A stretch of 64,000 bases of DNA from Octopus vulgaris (GCA_951406725.2 OX597825.1:28954001-29018000), one strand, 5' to 3'; positions 44,728-58,123 are shown, counted from the stretch's first letter. The notes: generated by a model from the sequence alone, not told the origin. Numbers and translations are program-made.

Positions 44728-44799
44728 GTCTGTCTGTCTGTCTGTCTATCTATCGATATCTCCTATGAGTGGGTATGCATGTGACCTCCATGTTCCCAC

Positions 44800-45620
44800 A
44801 CACATACATGCAGACTGATGTTATGTCTCGTGACATGCTTGGTCATGTGGTTGTTCAAGTCGTCGATAGTTTTGTCGATGGCAGGTATCTGAGATAGCTG
44901 ATGTGTTAGTGCATGCAGTTGATCACGTGACTGGCTATAATAGGAACGGATGTACTTTTCGACACCATTACGGAATTCATATCTTTTGTTTTGTGAAAAG
45001 TAATGCAAAGTTTATCGATGGGACAGAATTCGCTGGCTTTAGATCTACTTTTAAACTTACTTTCTGTCATCCCTATATAATTGTTTGCTGTTGGAGAGTA
45101 CATCGATGAAAGATGTTTTCTTTCAATGCAATTAGCTTTCATGCGGCAGGCGTTTATATTGTAGCAGTTGTATGTCGGTTTTTAGACTTGTTGGCATTAC
45201 TGTTGAATACCTGCAGTACGACTTTTTGTAATGCTGGAATGTTCCGTGCACAGCTAAAGCTAACGTTGACGTTGTTCTCGTTGAATAGCTGGGGGAATCT
45301 CTGCCCCGACCGAGCAGCGTTTATGGATGAGCTTGCAGAACATTTTTACCACACATTTTGTTTATTACATTGGTGTTGTATGATGTGCCGTGATAACATT
45401 CCTATCCTTTGAATAATTAAACCGACATGAGGCTCAGAGACAGTGAATGAAACATTACACCACCTAAAGGAAAGTAATTCACACCAGAATAAACTCTTCA
45501 GCCAAATGATCGAAGGAAACCTTAACACAGTCATTCGAATTGATAGAAATAGCATCCTCATGTACCTCAAATCACACACAATTGTCTTTAGATGCAAAAA
45601 ATGAAACATTGTATAATATA
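44800..45620 (-). pseudogene. Decayed Penelope-like element ORF (RT-EN linker and GIY-YIG endonuclease)
   Basis: Minus strand LFNENNVNVSFSC (45241-45288; compare the PLE motif FN...VK.SYSC) followed by YIGMTESKFKSR (YIG.T...FK.R). Confidence 0.65.
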
Positions 45621-46683
45621 GTAATTGATACCGATAGAATGATAAATGGTGGCGGTTGTATACCTCAAATAATAAGTCTATTTGATTAGATTGAGCAGAG
45701 TAAAATGCTATGCATCATCTCAGAAGGCTAAAGTATCTGTCGTAAACGGGTGAGTCTTCTTACGTCGGAGTCACCACTTTTAGCGTGTCGGGTGTGCATA
45801 AGAAGATGGAGACTGTTTACCATAGCAAATAAAATTTATTTAGAATAGATGGTACAAACACAGCTTTTACAGGATGTAAGAAATCAGATATTCGCGCGTC
45901 TTGGATATGCGTGCGTGTGTGAACTGTTTTACTGGATTGCTTTATTCTTGTTCAGTTCTTGCTCTTACAAACATATTAAGTGTGTGTGCATGTATGATAT
46001 ATATATATACGCACATACATATATACGCACATTACACATATAAAAATACCGTATAAGTGCATATGTGTGTTTGTAGGAGAGTGTAATGGATGGGTGTGTA
46101 TTCATTGAAAGGTTCGTGAATTGTGTCCACTTCAAAGAAAAATGCGGGCCTTATTGTCTACATTCTTGCCAAGTAATCCAGTACGCCCCCTCCAACAAAC
46201 ACACGCTCGTTTCAGAAAATAAAGAGAGAGAGAGAGACAGGGGGAGAGAGATAGGTGCGCCTGTGTCTGTATGTATTTGTTTTTGTGTGCGTGCGTGGTT
46301 TCGAGATTACTTGGCAAAAACGTAGACAATAAGACCCGCATTATTTATTTATTTTTTTTTAAGTAGATGCAGTTGAAGAATATTCCAGCTGAACACCTTA
46401 TTTAGGCTTTTCGGTCTTTTCATGTGCTTTTAGAGTGTGATCAAATAAGGAAATGTATTAATGTATTTGCAGTATATGAGGCTTACTGTCTCTATTAGAA
46501 ATCAATATATATTTGCTGTATGTAAGTTAGGCCTCTTTACATCTTTCGAGATCGATATTGCCTTTTATCTTTGAAGGGATGATAAAATAAGTAACTGACA
46601 AGAGGTGGGTTCGATATTATTGAATACTTAGGCCTACCCGCTAAATGCATAAGTTGTGAGTTGAATCCGAAAATAACAAGACA

Positions 46684-46697
46684 CGGAAGTGACGTCA
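46684..46697 (+). promoter_or_regulatory. Overlapping ETS-CRE composite motif CGGAAGTGACGTCA (second copy at 47828-47841)
   Basis: Exact motif read in both duplicate units; function not shown. Confidence 0.35.
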
Positions 46698-47265
46698 AGA
46701 CGGGCCGGTCCCAGAAATTTTTCTCATCCTCCCAGATCGATGAAACAGAAGTAAAAGCTATGTATTGTATCGATTTAATAGGTTAACCACTCCACACCAA
46801 AAAGTGTTGGACTCTCAATAACATATTCATAAGTTTGTTTCCTGTTAAAAGCAATGCATTGCGTCCTTGAGCAAGGTACTTCATTTCACATTGTTGCTGT
46901 CTACTCAGTTATCAATGACAACCAGCCAACTGCCTGTGTAACCCTCTCTCCTAACGGCTGACACTTTCACGATGATTCACTCGATCAAGCGGAGAACGTT
47001 AGATATGGCACTTACGGCAATTCAGGATTATGTAGGCAGTTAAAAACGCCTTGTGAAAGCGTGGTACAAGCACACAAAACCAAAACTAATAGCACTAAGT
47101 CTGTATGATATAGTACAAACTCACTTCAGATATGATCAACTACTGCATTATTAACACTCTTCAACACACACACATATAATATATACATACATACATATAC
47201 ATATATACGTATGTATACGTATGTATATATATATATACATCTTTATATATTTATATATATACATA

Positions 47266-47354
<89 letters not shown>

Positions 47355-47627
47355 ATATAATATTAATTAGAGACAAAACCACTATTATGCTTAATCCAAT
47401 ACATAAATTTTTTTATATAAATTAAATATAATTAAATATAATTACAAAGAATAATTAATCTCTTTCTTTGTTTGATTTGCATAATAGTGGTTTTGTCTCT
47501 AATTAATATTATATTATATTTTACTATAAAATTGGATTCAATCCTAAATCTGATTTTTTCCTGTAAATTTGGATTTATTCCCTAATATTTATTATTATAT
47601 GATATATATAATATATATATATATGTA

Positions 47628-47675
<48 letters not shown>

Positions 47676-48403
47676 CCTCTTTACATCTTTCGAGATCGAT
47701 ATTGCCTTTTATCTTTGAAGGGATGATAAAATAAGTAACTGACAAGAGGTGGGTTCGATATTATTGAATATTTAGGCCTACCCGCTAAATGCATAAGTTG
47801 TGAGTTGAATCCGAAAATAACAAGACACGGAAGTGACGTCAAGACGGGCCGGTCCCAGAAATTTTTCTCATCCTCCCAGATCGATGAAACGAAGTAAAAG
47901 CTATGTATTGTATCGATTTAATAGGTTAACCACTCCACACCAAAAAGTGTTGGACTCTCAATAACATATTCATAAGTTTGTTTCCTGTTAAAAGCAATGC
48001 ATTGCGTCCTTGAGCAAGGTACTTCATTTCACATTGTTCCTGTCTACTCAGTTATAAATGACAACCAGCCAACTGCCAGTGTAACCCTCTCTCCTAACGG
48101 CTGACACTTTCACGATGATTCACTCGATCAAGCGGAGAACGTTAGATATGGCACTTACGGCAATTCAGGATTATGTAGGCAGTTAAAACGCCTTGTGAAA
48201 GCGTGGTACAAGCACACAAAACCAAAACTAATAGCACTAAGTCTGTATGATATAGTACAAACTCACTTCAGATATGACCAACTACTGCATTATTAACACT
48301 CTTCAACACACACACATATAATATATACATACATATACATATATACGTATGTATACGTATGTATATATATATATACATCTTTATATATTTATATATATAC
48401 ATA

Positions 48404-48468
<65 letters not shown>

Positions 48469-48694
48469 ATATAATATTAATTAGAGACAAAACCACTATT
48501 ATGCAAACCAAACAAAGAAAGACTTAATCCAATACATAAATTTTTTTATATAAATTAAATATAATTAAATATAATTAAGAATAATTAATTATATTTAATT
48601 ATATTTAATTTATATAAAAATTTTTATGTATTGGATTAAGTCTTTCTTTGTTTGATTTGCATAATAGTGGTTTTGTCTCTAATTAATATTATAT
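48469..48694. repeat. Near-perfect AT-rich palindrome with ~105-bp arms (deleted version at ~47359-47514)
   Basis: ATAATATTAATTAGAGACAAAACCACTATTATGC...GCATAATAGTGGTTTTGTCTCTAATTAATATTAT. Confidence 0.92.
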
Positions 48695-48773
48695 TATATT
48701 TTACTATAAAATTGGATTCAATCCTAAATCTGATTTTTCCTGTAAATTTGGATTTATTCCCTAATATTTATTA

Positions 48774-48817
<44 letters not shown>

Positions 48818-48822
<5 letters not shown>

Positions 48823-49009
48823 TCACAAAAAAAAAACAAAAGACGAAGGCAGGTGGTGTGGTGTAGACAACAAACAGATGTATTAGTATAAAGCTCGGGA
48901 AATGAAAAAGTCTTTAACGTTTCGAGCCCACGCTCTTCCACAGAAACGAACACAGAAAGAAACAAGGAGAGAAAATAAAAACTGTGTAGTGGTTAGCGAT
49001 CTATCATGG
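48818..49009 (-). mobile_element. Repeat P2 (Penelope-like pLTR fragment) with hammerhead-like motif at 48912-48946
   Basis: Minus strand UUU-CUGUGGA-A-GAGC-gugg-GCUC-GAAA-CG-UU-AAA; homologous to 13555-13675. Confidence 0.65.
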
Positions 49010-49077
49010 AACGTAACAGTTTAGAGAACAGCATTGGCTTCATGTCTAGCGTGAACTAGACACCTCTTCAGTTTCTC

Positions 49078-49200
49078 GAATAAGTTACAAGGCTTACAAA
49101 GAATAAGTCTTGGGGGTCGATTTGCTCGACTTAATGGCGGTGCTCCCGCATGACCGGAGTCAAATGACTAAAACAAATACAAGAATACAAGAATAAAAGA
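49078..49200 (+). mobile_element. SINE family A, 3' end
   Basis: GGCTTACAAAGAATAAGTC...GGCGGTGCTCC...GTCAAATGACT. Confidence 0.85.
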
Positions 49201-49687
49201 ACGTATCTGTTTTTCATTACTATACATGCACTACATGCTCCGCTAAATGACTCTGATGATAAGAGCCGTTAATTACATGTACTGCCTCGTCTTTTAGTAT
49301 GTTAGCCGCAGTGTTGTGTATACATATCCGCCCATACAAATTCATACAAGTATTTCTCTGTCTCTGTGTCCGTGTGTGTGTGTGTATGCATATACATACA
49401 TACATACTTACATACATACATGCATACATACATAATTACGAACTTATGTGAATGTATATTTGTGTGTGTGTATGTGTGTGTGCGTGCGTATTTCTATTGT
49501 TACTTCAAATAGTCTTAGCCAAAGAAATGTCGTAAAACATATACGTGCGTGGGTGTATGTGTATTTGTTTAAACATTCATACACGCGCAAATATGTATGT
49601 ATTCATGTAAAAACATCTGTATTTATATAAGGATGTACATATACATATACACATATAAAGTTACATGCACATATATGCACACGACTA

Positions 49688-49736
<49 letters not shown>

Positions 49737-49739
49737 ATA

Positions 49740-49782
<43 letters not shown>

Positions 49783-49902
49783 ATATATATATATACACCA
49801 TACATATATATATATACACTTTATTAAAAAAACTGGTATGACATCACAAATAAACTGTTACTCAGACTTTCACGTTCCCAAACTTCGGACTGCTTTAGCT
49901 TA

Positions 49903-49979
<77 letters not shown>

Positions 49980-49980
49980 C

Positions 49981-50027
<47 letters not shown>

Positions 50028-50076
50028 GTCTGTCTGTCTGTCTGTCTGTATGTATGTATGTATGTATGTATGTATG

Positions 50077-50113
<37 letters not shown>

Positions 50114-50454
50114 GCTTACATATTCATACAAGCGTACATACATTCTGTCAGGAAAGAAATTAGAAGTGAATATGGATGAAATATTCATCAATATATGTCC
50201 GTTTCCAATTCCAGATATAAAGGTGTATGTATGTATATATATATATATATATATGTATGTACGCATGTACGTATGTACGCATGTATGTATGTATGCACTT
50301 ATGCTTGTATAGCCATGTATAAGCGGAACGTGTACGTGAGAAGCTGTGAGAGCTTATATATTGTAGAATGGTGAGAAACTTGAGCCGAAGCTCGTCAAAG
50401 AAGCACGAATACCTCGCAACATTACTATGATTAGGAATAGTACGCATACACAGG

Positions 50455-50489
<35 letters not shown>

Positions 50490-50774
50490 ACATAAGTTTA
50501 TGTGTATGTATATATATATGCATAAAACCTGCTGCAGATTGGAATTTTTCCCTTTCCTGAAACTCTCACGCCATTAAGAAAACCTACACCATCTACGCAA
50601 AATAGCCAATACCATTCATTCTTACATTTATCCATCCATTCATCCACCCATATGTGATGAGGTACTGAAAAGTTGCTGGCTTTAAGGGTATATGCGTATC
50701 GCGATTGGCCTGGTTCGAAGGCTAACCTTTCCAGTTCTCTCTTTCACTCTCTCTCCCTTTTTTCTCTCTCTCTC

Positions 50775-50916
<142 letters not shown>

Positions 50917-51039
50917 CAGTTTTTACATGAATATGTACATGTATATAGACACACACATTACATGCACAAACATACATACATACATACATGCATACATACA
51001 TGCGTGCATACATACATACATTCATACATACATTTGTAT

Positions 51040-51657
51040 TGTTGGCGGGTAGCACGGGGTCAAAATCTTAGGTGTATCATTTGGGCAATGCTGATGGAAT
51101 ATTTTCCATATCATGCAGTTGATGTAGCGCTCACGGCGGTGCTGGAGAGAATAAAGCTTGAGCTTTTCTAGTCGACCCCAATAATCAAGGCCTGTGATGC
51201 CTATTATTCTTTTTTTTTTTTGTAATTGACCTTTGAAGTGCTTCAATTTTCATTATTCTTTGTTTCGTGTGGGGAGACCAAAGTGGGCAGCATTATTCAA
51301 GATGGAGTCGGGCAAAAGTAGAGAAGAGAAGGATAACGGTGCGGATATCTCTCGACTGGTAAGTTCTGAGAATCCAGGTGCACGTTCTGCGAGCCATGTC
51401 AGCTTTGCTGTTTACATGAGCGGCCCAGCTTATGTTCTTGTTCACAATTACTCCCAAGTCTCTGGTGTTGTCGGATGTCATGAGAGTTTCACCTGAAGGA
51501 AGCGGCCATGGGAGTTTCAAGGTATCCTCTTTTCCGAAGTGGATTAATTCAAGTTTGTCCTCTTTCAGCAGCAAATTATTCTTTTCCGCCCATTGGATAC
51601 CAGCCAAAAGATCTGACAAAAGGCATGTCTGGTCACCCACTTCATTGATGACCTTCA
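51040..51657 (-). mobile_element. CR1-group LINE RT C-terminal fragment
   Basis: QWAEKNNL...RDLGVIV...SWAAHV...RLHLE*CCPLWSP...IEALQR...[17 protein letters not shown]. Confidence 0.88.
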
Positions 51658-51699
51658 TATATGAATATATATATATATTCAAACACACACACATATATG

Positions 51700-51733
<34 letters not shown>

Positions 51734-51737
<4 letters not shown>

Positions 51738-51845
51738 CCTGCTCGCTTAGCCAGCGGGGTGGCGTCATTCGAAGGCTAGAACAATGCGAACGCGTTGTGA
51801 CCAGCGATGTGTAGCAACATCTGATGGTCTGGTCGGTCACGTGAT

Positions 51846-51852
<7 letters not shown>
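51734..51852 (+). mobile_element. Structured ~120-bp retroposon 3' tail (family E)
   Basis: Homologue of 11035-11156, embedded in (TA)n. Confidence 0.75.
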
Positions 51853-51894
<42 letters not shown>

Positions 51895-51929
51895 TGCAAA
51901 CAAGATGACTGAAACAAATATATATATAT

Positions 51930-52027
<98 letters not shown>

Positions 52028-52336
52028 CAAATATTTACAAATGAAACAAAAGTGCATGGAATTTTTTTTTATTTCTTGGAGGATGACCTGGCGGTTCATT
52101 TATCATTAATCGGAGGTATACATGTGATCAGTCAGAAAATATATTGTCTGACTCTTCAGATGTTATACCGCACGTTTTTGAAGCACGAACAGATTCCCCT
52201 CATAAACATAAATGGCTACATACATACATACATACATATACATACATACGTACATAAATACATACAGATATAGATATGCATACATATGTTCGTGTGTGTG
52301 TATATATATTTATATATAACATATATATATATATAT

Positions 52337-52408
<72 letters not shown>

Positions 52409-53315
52409 CGTGCATTCCCCTGCATACTTTTAATAGTCCTATGTAGTAAAATGGATGAGACAAATGAGTCCAGTAAGATTAACGTAGATGCAGTTGGTTT
52501 AAATTTATCAAGATAAATATGGAGATAAGTAAATTGATTGACGCTGATGAATGCAGTTTCTATCCAAGCATACGACCCTGCATGGTAATGGGCGAAATAT
52601 CATCACACGCAGACATAGGTTTTAGTATAATTAATGTAACAGGAAGCGTTGTTTGTTAGGAAGTGTGAAATTTTATGTGTAAAATGTAAAGCTGATATGC
52701 AATTTCGGCATTTGATTTGATTTTTGTGCGTGTGGTGGTGTAAGAGATTTTGCATTAAACATGGAATATATCATAATTTATGGCACCAGAATTTAGCTTA
52801 ATGACAGAGAAGATAATTATGGTGGAAGGAGACGGAGAATGAGTAATATTATTATTATTATTATTATTAAAATTTTATGTGTTATTTTTTAATATTTTTT
52901 CTGTGTTTGGTAGTTGCTACTTTTGATAGTTTGTAAAGCTTTGAGAAGAGAAATACGTAATCTGAACAGCGTGACAAAATGGCGGATATATGTGGTAGAC
53001 TTAATGGTTTGTCTGCCTGGTTGGTTTCCTGATTAGATATAGGGCTAGATGGATATATGGATGAATGAATTGATGGCATGTTGTCTGGTTGGCTCGCTGG
53101 TTGGTTGGTGAAACACGCACATACATACAAACACGCACAAACATCCATACATCAATTTTAAAATTAATGAAAAGCGTAACTTTTCAAAAGTTAGTCTCTC
53201 CGAGAAATGTTATAACATTCAGTGTTTAGCCAGGAACAATTGAGTTTCTGAGTTCAAATCATACTGAGATCGGTTCCGCTCTTAAATTATTAATTTCGAT
53301 GTAGACACTAGGGAC

Positions 53316-53437
53316 GCGGCGGTTCACAGAATTGTTAGCCTGCCGGGCGAAATTTGGCGTTATTTCGTTTGTCTTTAGTTCCTTAGTTCAAATTCCGTCG
53401 ATGTCGACTTTGCCTTTTATCCTTTTGGGGTAGATGA
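53316..53437 (+). mobile_element. SINE family C, 5' part
   Basis: CAGAATTGTTAGC...AGTTCAAATTCCG...GTCGACTTTGCCTTT. Confidence 0.75.
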
Positions 53438-54136
53438 AGACAAATTATCTAAACAACTAAATAACAGCTACAGACGAACTAGCTAAGTACCAATTATATG
53501 CTCAATATTATGGATTAATTCCAATACTAAAAAGCAGTATTAATCTGCTGAATTTCAAGTGATAGTTGGTAGCCTTAAACTCAGCAAAACTCAAAAAAAA
53601 ATAGCTAAACTTTATCGTATCAGTTGGCTTACCTGGCGATAAGAAATAGCAAATCTCTTGCCAGAAAATCATCAATCTGAACACAACAATTTAATATAAC
53701 CTGCTTAAACTTTTTCATAGAATTGAACTTATGACCTGTAGAAAGCAGTAAAACCAAGACGAAAATCTGATTTAAAGAAACAAGCTAAAAGCTTATGGGA
53801 AGTTAACTAAAACTTGTCTGTCTTAATTGACGCACTTGAAATGTTTCTCTGAAATCTGTCTTCACATAGAATCTTAGCTTAACTAAACTATATGGCTGTC
53901 ATCGAAGAATTTAGCTCGGTAGGCACGGGAGACGATTTCGAAACAGTCGGATCAACGTCTTGAAAGATAACGAGATTTAAGCCGATCAAGACAAATGCAT
54001 CAGCCAGATAGCAATTCTACATAAGACATTCAACAACCGAAATACAATTTCACAGACTTAAACTTTGGCGAAATGGTACATTGGAATAAGACAGAGATAA
54101 ATTTAACGGTGCCAATGCTGATTACGCCATCGCTGC

Positions 54137-54420
54137 TCTTCTTCTTCTTCTTCTTCTTCTTCTTCTTCTTCTTCTTCTTCTTCTTCTTCTTCTTCTTCTT
54201 CTTCTTCTTCTTCTTCTTCTTCTTCTTCTTCTTCTTCTTCTTCTTCTTCCACATTATCCTTTTATCACCATAATCACCCAGATTGCCATAATCCGCTTCT
54301 TCCCACAATGTTCTTTCCTTTTCCTTTGTTTTCTGCCTCTTGGACGTGTTGTCGTCATTTCACTAGATTCGATGACAGATATTGCAACTCACGTGACCCG
54401 TATTTCATTTCCTACCTGCC
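54137..54420 (-). mobile_element. Probable RTE-clade 3' remnant with long (GAA)n tail (54137-54249)
   Basis: Minus strand has frameshifted KY/GHV...RPRGRK motifs followed by the (GAA)n run. Confidence 0.4.
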
Positions 54421-55858
54421 GATAATTCATACTGACATACGGTGCCGGGACAAAAGGGACTTCATATCTACAGGAATAAGTCTAAAACTAATATAGAAAT
54501 GCTAGAATGACAATGTAAGCCTCTTCAGTTTGGTGAGGTCAAAAATGTTGATATTCAGCCAACGACACATAACAAAGGTTCTCGATGTCCGCAGGTAAAG
54601 ATACGATTGACATTCGATCTTATTGAACGAAAAGAAATACAGAAGGAAGTTTTCCACCGGTCGGTGGTGAATGCCTTTTGTCGCCACTTCTGTGTTTAGA
54701 TTCAACTTATGGGCATTGATGCCTCCCGAGAGAAGACAGACGGAGTAGGAAGTCTCATAGTTTGCCGCACAAATACTTGGACAAAATGTCTAACTCTAAG
54801 TATATATGGTGGGAAACACGGTAGGCCATAGAGAGGAGAGTTGGATAAAGTATGTAGGACTGAGTACAGATTATACATTAGAGGTTTTCAAACTGTGGTA
54901 CGGATGAGAAATTATGGGTTTAAAACACTAGAATTTTGAAGCAGGTACAACTAGATCCTGTCGATACCTACTTGAATGGAAAACTGCATTCTGAGCCTAG
55001 TTTAACACAATTACCTGGGACTTTGGGTGCCCTTAGCAGAATCCAGTCTGTTGCCAGCATTTGAACCAGATATGTCGTGTGAAGGTACCTTCCTCTCTTC
55101 CACACACTAATCTTGATTGCCATACAAAAGAAGGACCCTAACTTCCTTCCTCACTAGAAATTAAATATGAAATAGTTTAGGAAAGAGACAACACAATCCA
55201 GATGACAGAATACAAATATCTGAACTTCTGGATTAGTTATGTGTAAGTTGCTGATTCGGTCGTATGCAACTTTCTACAAATCATACAAAAGATAAAATTA
55301 AAATGAAATAAGGTACTCTCGTAGGGTACATGATTTAGAATGGTCTGTTACACACATCAGTCATCTCACGTTAAGGACATTTTGAAGAAGTAGACAGGGA
55401 TGATTGGTGAACTTTGATTTGAAGTTGATTATTAGAGCAATTAACCTGATCATCAAGCTGATTAAAAATATGTAAATTTTCGCGTTTCAGGAACGATTAC
55501 TTATCTCTGCTATGAAGCCGAAATATTAATAAATTACCTGGTACATACCTTAGCACCCATTCACAACAACAGTAAGATGGCCTACTACAAAGTAGAAAAC
55601 CATAGTTTGACAGCATAGCATATAAGAGGAGGAAAGGCAATTGGGACGGGAATATCTGAATGGAGATGGTTTGAGTCTAGCCATGTTCTGACGAGCCAGA
55701 GGTGTTTTTATAGGATCGATAACCGAAGTAAGAAGAGGCAGTTTGCTTATAGGGTATGTCTGTGAGTGACTTTATGCCAATCAGTCACGTGGATCTTTTG
55801 CTGGTGTTATTTCAGATATCTGTGTACAGTTACAGCACTTTCCCATATGTGAGAGGTC

Positions 55859-56417
55859 TGTAACGGTATTAGTGTAGCTTCTTGCACTTTTAGGGTGCAA
55901 TTAGTGCAATCACGATTTCCGTTGCTTTACTTTCCAGATTCTACCAGTCAAAGAAACACAAAACGCAGACGTAAAAAATATATATACTTTATTCTCTTAT
56001 CCACAGAAAGAAATAAGGTGTGTATTGGTATTCCAACTTGGGTCTGGATGTGCAAGGCTGAACTTCACGCTGTAAGATTTTACAATGTTCAACTGCAAAC
56101 AGAACTGGTCAAGATGGCGTCCTTAGGGAGCGAAGAAAATACGCGTCTGCTTCAACGAAAGGCTTTCTGCTGTCTGCCGACTGCTACGTGTCTCTCTGGA
56201 CGCTTAGTTGGTCAACGTTTTACGCTCCCTGTCTCTTTGTTAAGGTTCGCTCTCCCCTGCCATTCAACTAACGCCACATCAGCAAATCCCTTCTTCCGGT
56301 CATCGCGCATGCGCGAGAGGGCTCTTCCCTTCCGCCTTTCCTGAAGGACTCCAACTCCGCACACGCGAAACTGAATTGGCGTTGCGCGCGCGTGCGCTGT
56401 TGGATAACTTCACTACA
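55859..56417 (-). mobile_element. Solo LTR, probably Gypsy/Ty3 type
   Basis: TGTA...TACA termini; GGTC duplicated at 55855-55858 and 56418-56421; minus-strand AATAAA near 55990; GC/CpG-rich relative to the flanks. Confidence 0.8.
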
Positions 56418-57404
56418 GGTCCATAATACTCTTATAACCCTCACATTAGAATGACACTAATTGTAAAGTGCCGAAATATGTTTTTGTCCTGTAGATATGG
56501 GCCATTTGTTTGGATCCGGTTCTAGTTGTGTTAAGGGCGCAATTTCGATGATAGTGAGATCCAAAATTGGAACGGGTATCAATCGAACACTGATAACATT
56601 TAGTCTCGAAAAAACAAATCGTTCAGCCAAAAAAACAATGAAATGCTAGGACCAGGTTTGAACTTATGCTTCATTACATACAATCTGGCATCGCATTTAT
56701 TCGACGTATACGTGTAAACAAAAGAACGATACCGAGATTCTTGATAGACAAACTTAGTACGAAAATCGCCGTTTCTTTTTTCTCAACTTTCATATACTTT
56801 TAGTTAGAAAATGAAAATGCAATGTTCATATATATATTTCTACTTGAATAACCTAACTATAGCCTTCAGATATACGTTTTAATAGGTTCCACCGCTTACA
56901 AAATCGGTTGGATCTGGTTATCGCCAATTAATAATTATAAGTGCCTAAAGATTCTGTAAAAATCACTTTGTTATCATGGGTGAACAACTTGACAGTGAAT
57001 AGTTCAACTAATGTGAAAAATTGAGCTGCCGGCGAGATTTTGAAATCCTAACATTATATTAATTACATCACCGAAATAATTTAGAGAAACTTTTAATTTA
57101 TTTATTTAAATATTCATATTTAAATCACATGTGTTAGATATATCTTTCTTTTATGTGCAGGTGAAACTAAGAAGAATAATTCTGTCAAGTAAACCGATTA
57201 ATATTATAAATGGAACTGAATACCGCGTTACAAGTAGAAGTCTTTAATATCTTGGATGATTTCTTCATTCGCATTTAGTAAGTGTGATTGAATGAGTGAT
57301 TGATAATCATATAGCATTCACAGTCCGTTCCAGGTAAATGAGGCTGAAAAATACAATAAAATAGTTGCAACAGAGATCGAAGGTTCTTTTAACCCCCACC
57401 CTTT

Positions 57405-57497
<93 letters not shown>

Positions 57498-57499
57498 CA

Positions 57500-57714
57500 C
57501 GAGAAGCTGCTGAAAAGTTCCTGATTTTAAGGGTGCCGCAAAAGGCCTGGCTGGAATCCCAACCTTCCAAGATTTTGTACACAGCTTAGAAAAACTGAAA
57601 GCTGCTGCAGTAACTGTGTACATCTGAGGGGGGAATATGTTGTATAAAACCAGAATTAACTGATCCTTCTGTATTTTCTTTTAGCGAAAACCACGAACAT
57701 ATCAGCACCCCTCG
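57500..57714. mobile_element. Mariner-type MITE
   Basis: Degenerate TIRs CGAGAAGCTGCTGAAAAGTTC and GAACATATCAGCACCCCTCG-TA. Confidence 0.75.
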
Positions 57715-57745
57715 TATGAGTATATATATATATATATATATATGC

Positions 57746-58078
57746 TGAGACCCACTTCGGTCATGACTGACCATGGGATTGTACCTAGGAAGTTACCCTC
57801 CCAGGCAAAGTTCGGACAAGATTGTTTATGGATGACCAGCAGTCGCCCATGCATACTGGCCTCCCTCTCCATGCCACCAGTGTTATCCAAGGGAAAGGTA
57901 AAGACCGATACAGCTTGGCACCTGTGACGCCGCAGCTCATTTCTACAGCTGAGCGAACTGAAGCAACGTGAAATAAAGTGTCTTGCTCGAGAACACAACA
58001 CGCAACCCGGTCCTGGATTCGAACTCACAACCTTGCGATCGTAAGCTCGATGTTCTAACCACTAAGCCATGCGCCTTC
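57746..58078 (-). mobile_element. SINE family B, full length
   Basis: Minus strand GGCGCATGGCTTAGTGGTTAG (A box), GAGTTCGAATCC (B box), core GAGCAAGACACTTTATTTCACG. Confidence 0.9.
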
Positions 58079-58084
58079 ACACAC

Positions 58085-58123
<39 letters not shown>

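Larger units (their letters stand above)
46529..48817. repeat. Tandem duplication with a ~1144-bp unit (46529-47672 and 47673-48817)
   Basis: Both units start AGGCCTCTTTACATC; about 7 differences seen over the first ~640 bp. Confidence 0.95.

Noticed and set aside
54529-54594. Possible 66-nt exon (TTCAG|...CAG|GTAAAG)
   Set aside because: Weak polypyrimidine tract, unrecognisable peptide, no partner exons, and adjacent to a probable RTE remnant on the opposite strand.
55895-56344. 149-aa ORF
   Set aside because: Lies wholly inside the solo LTR, starts at GTG and has no recognisable motif.
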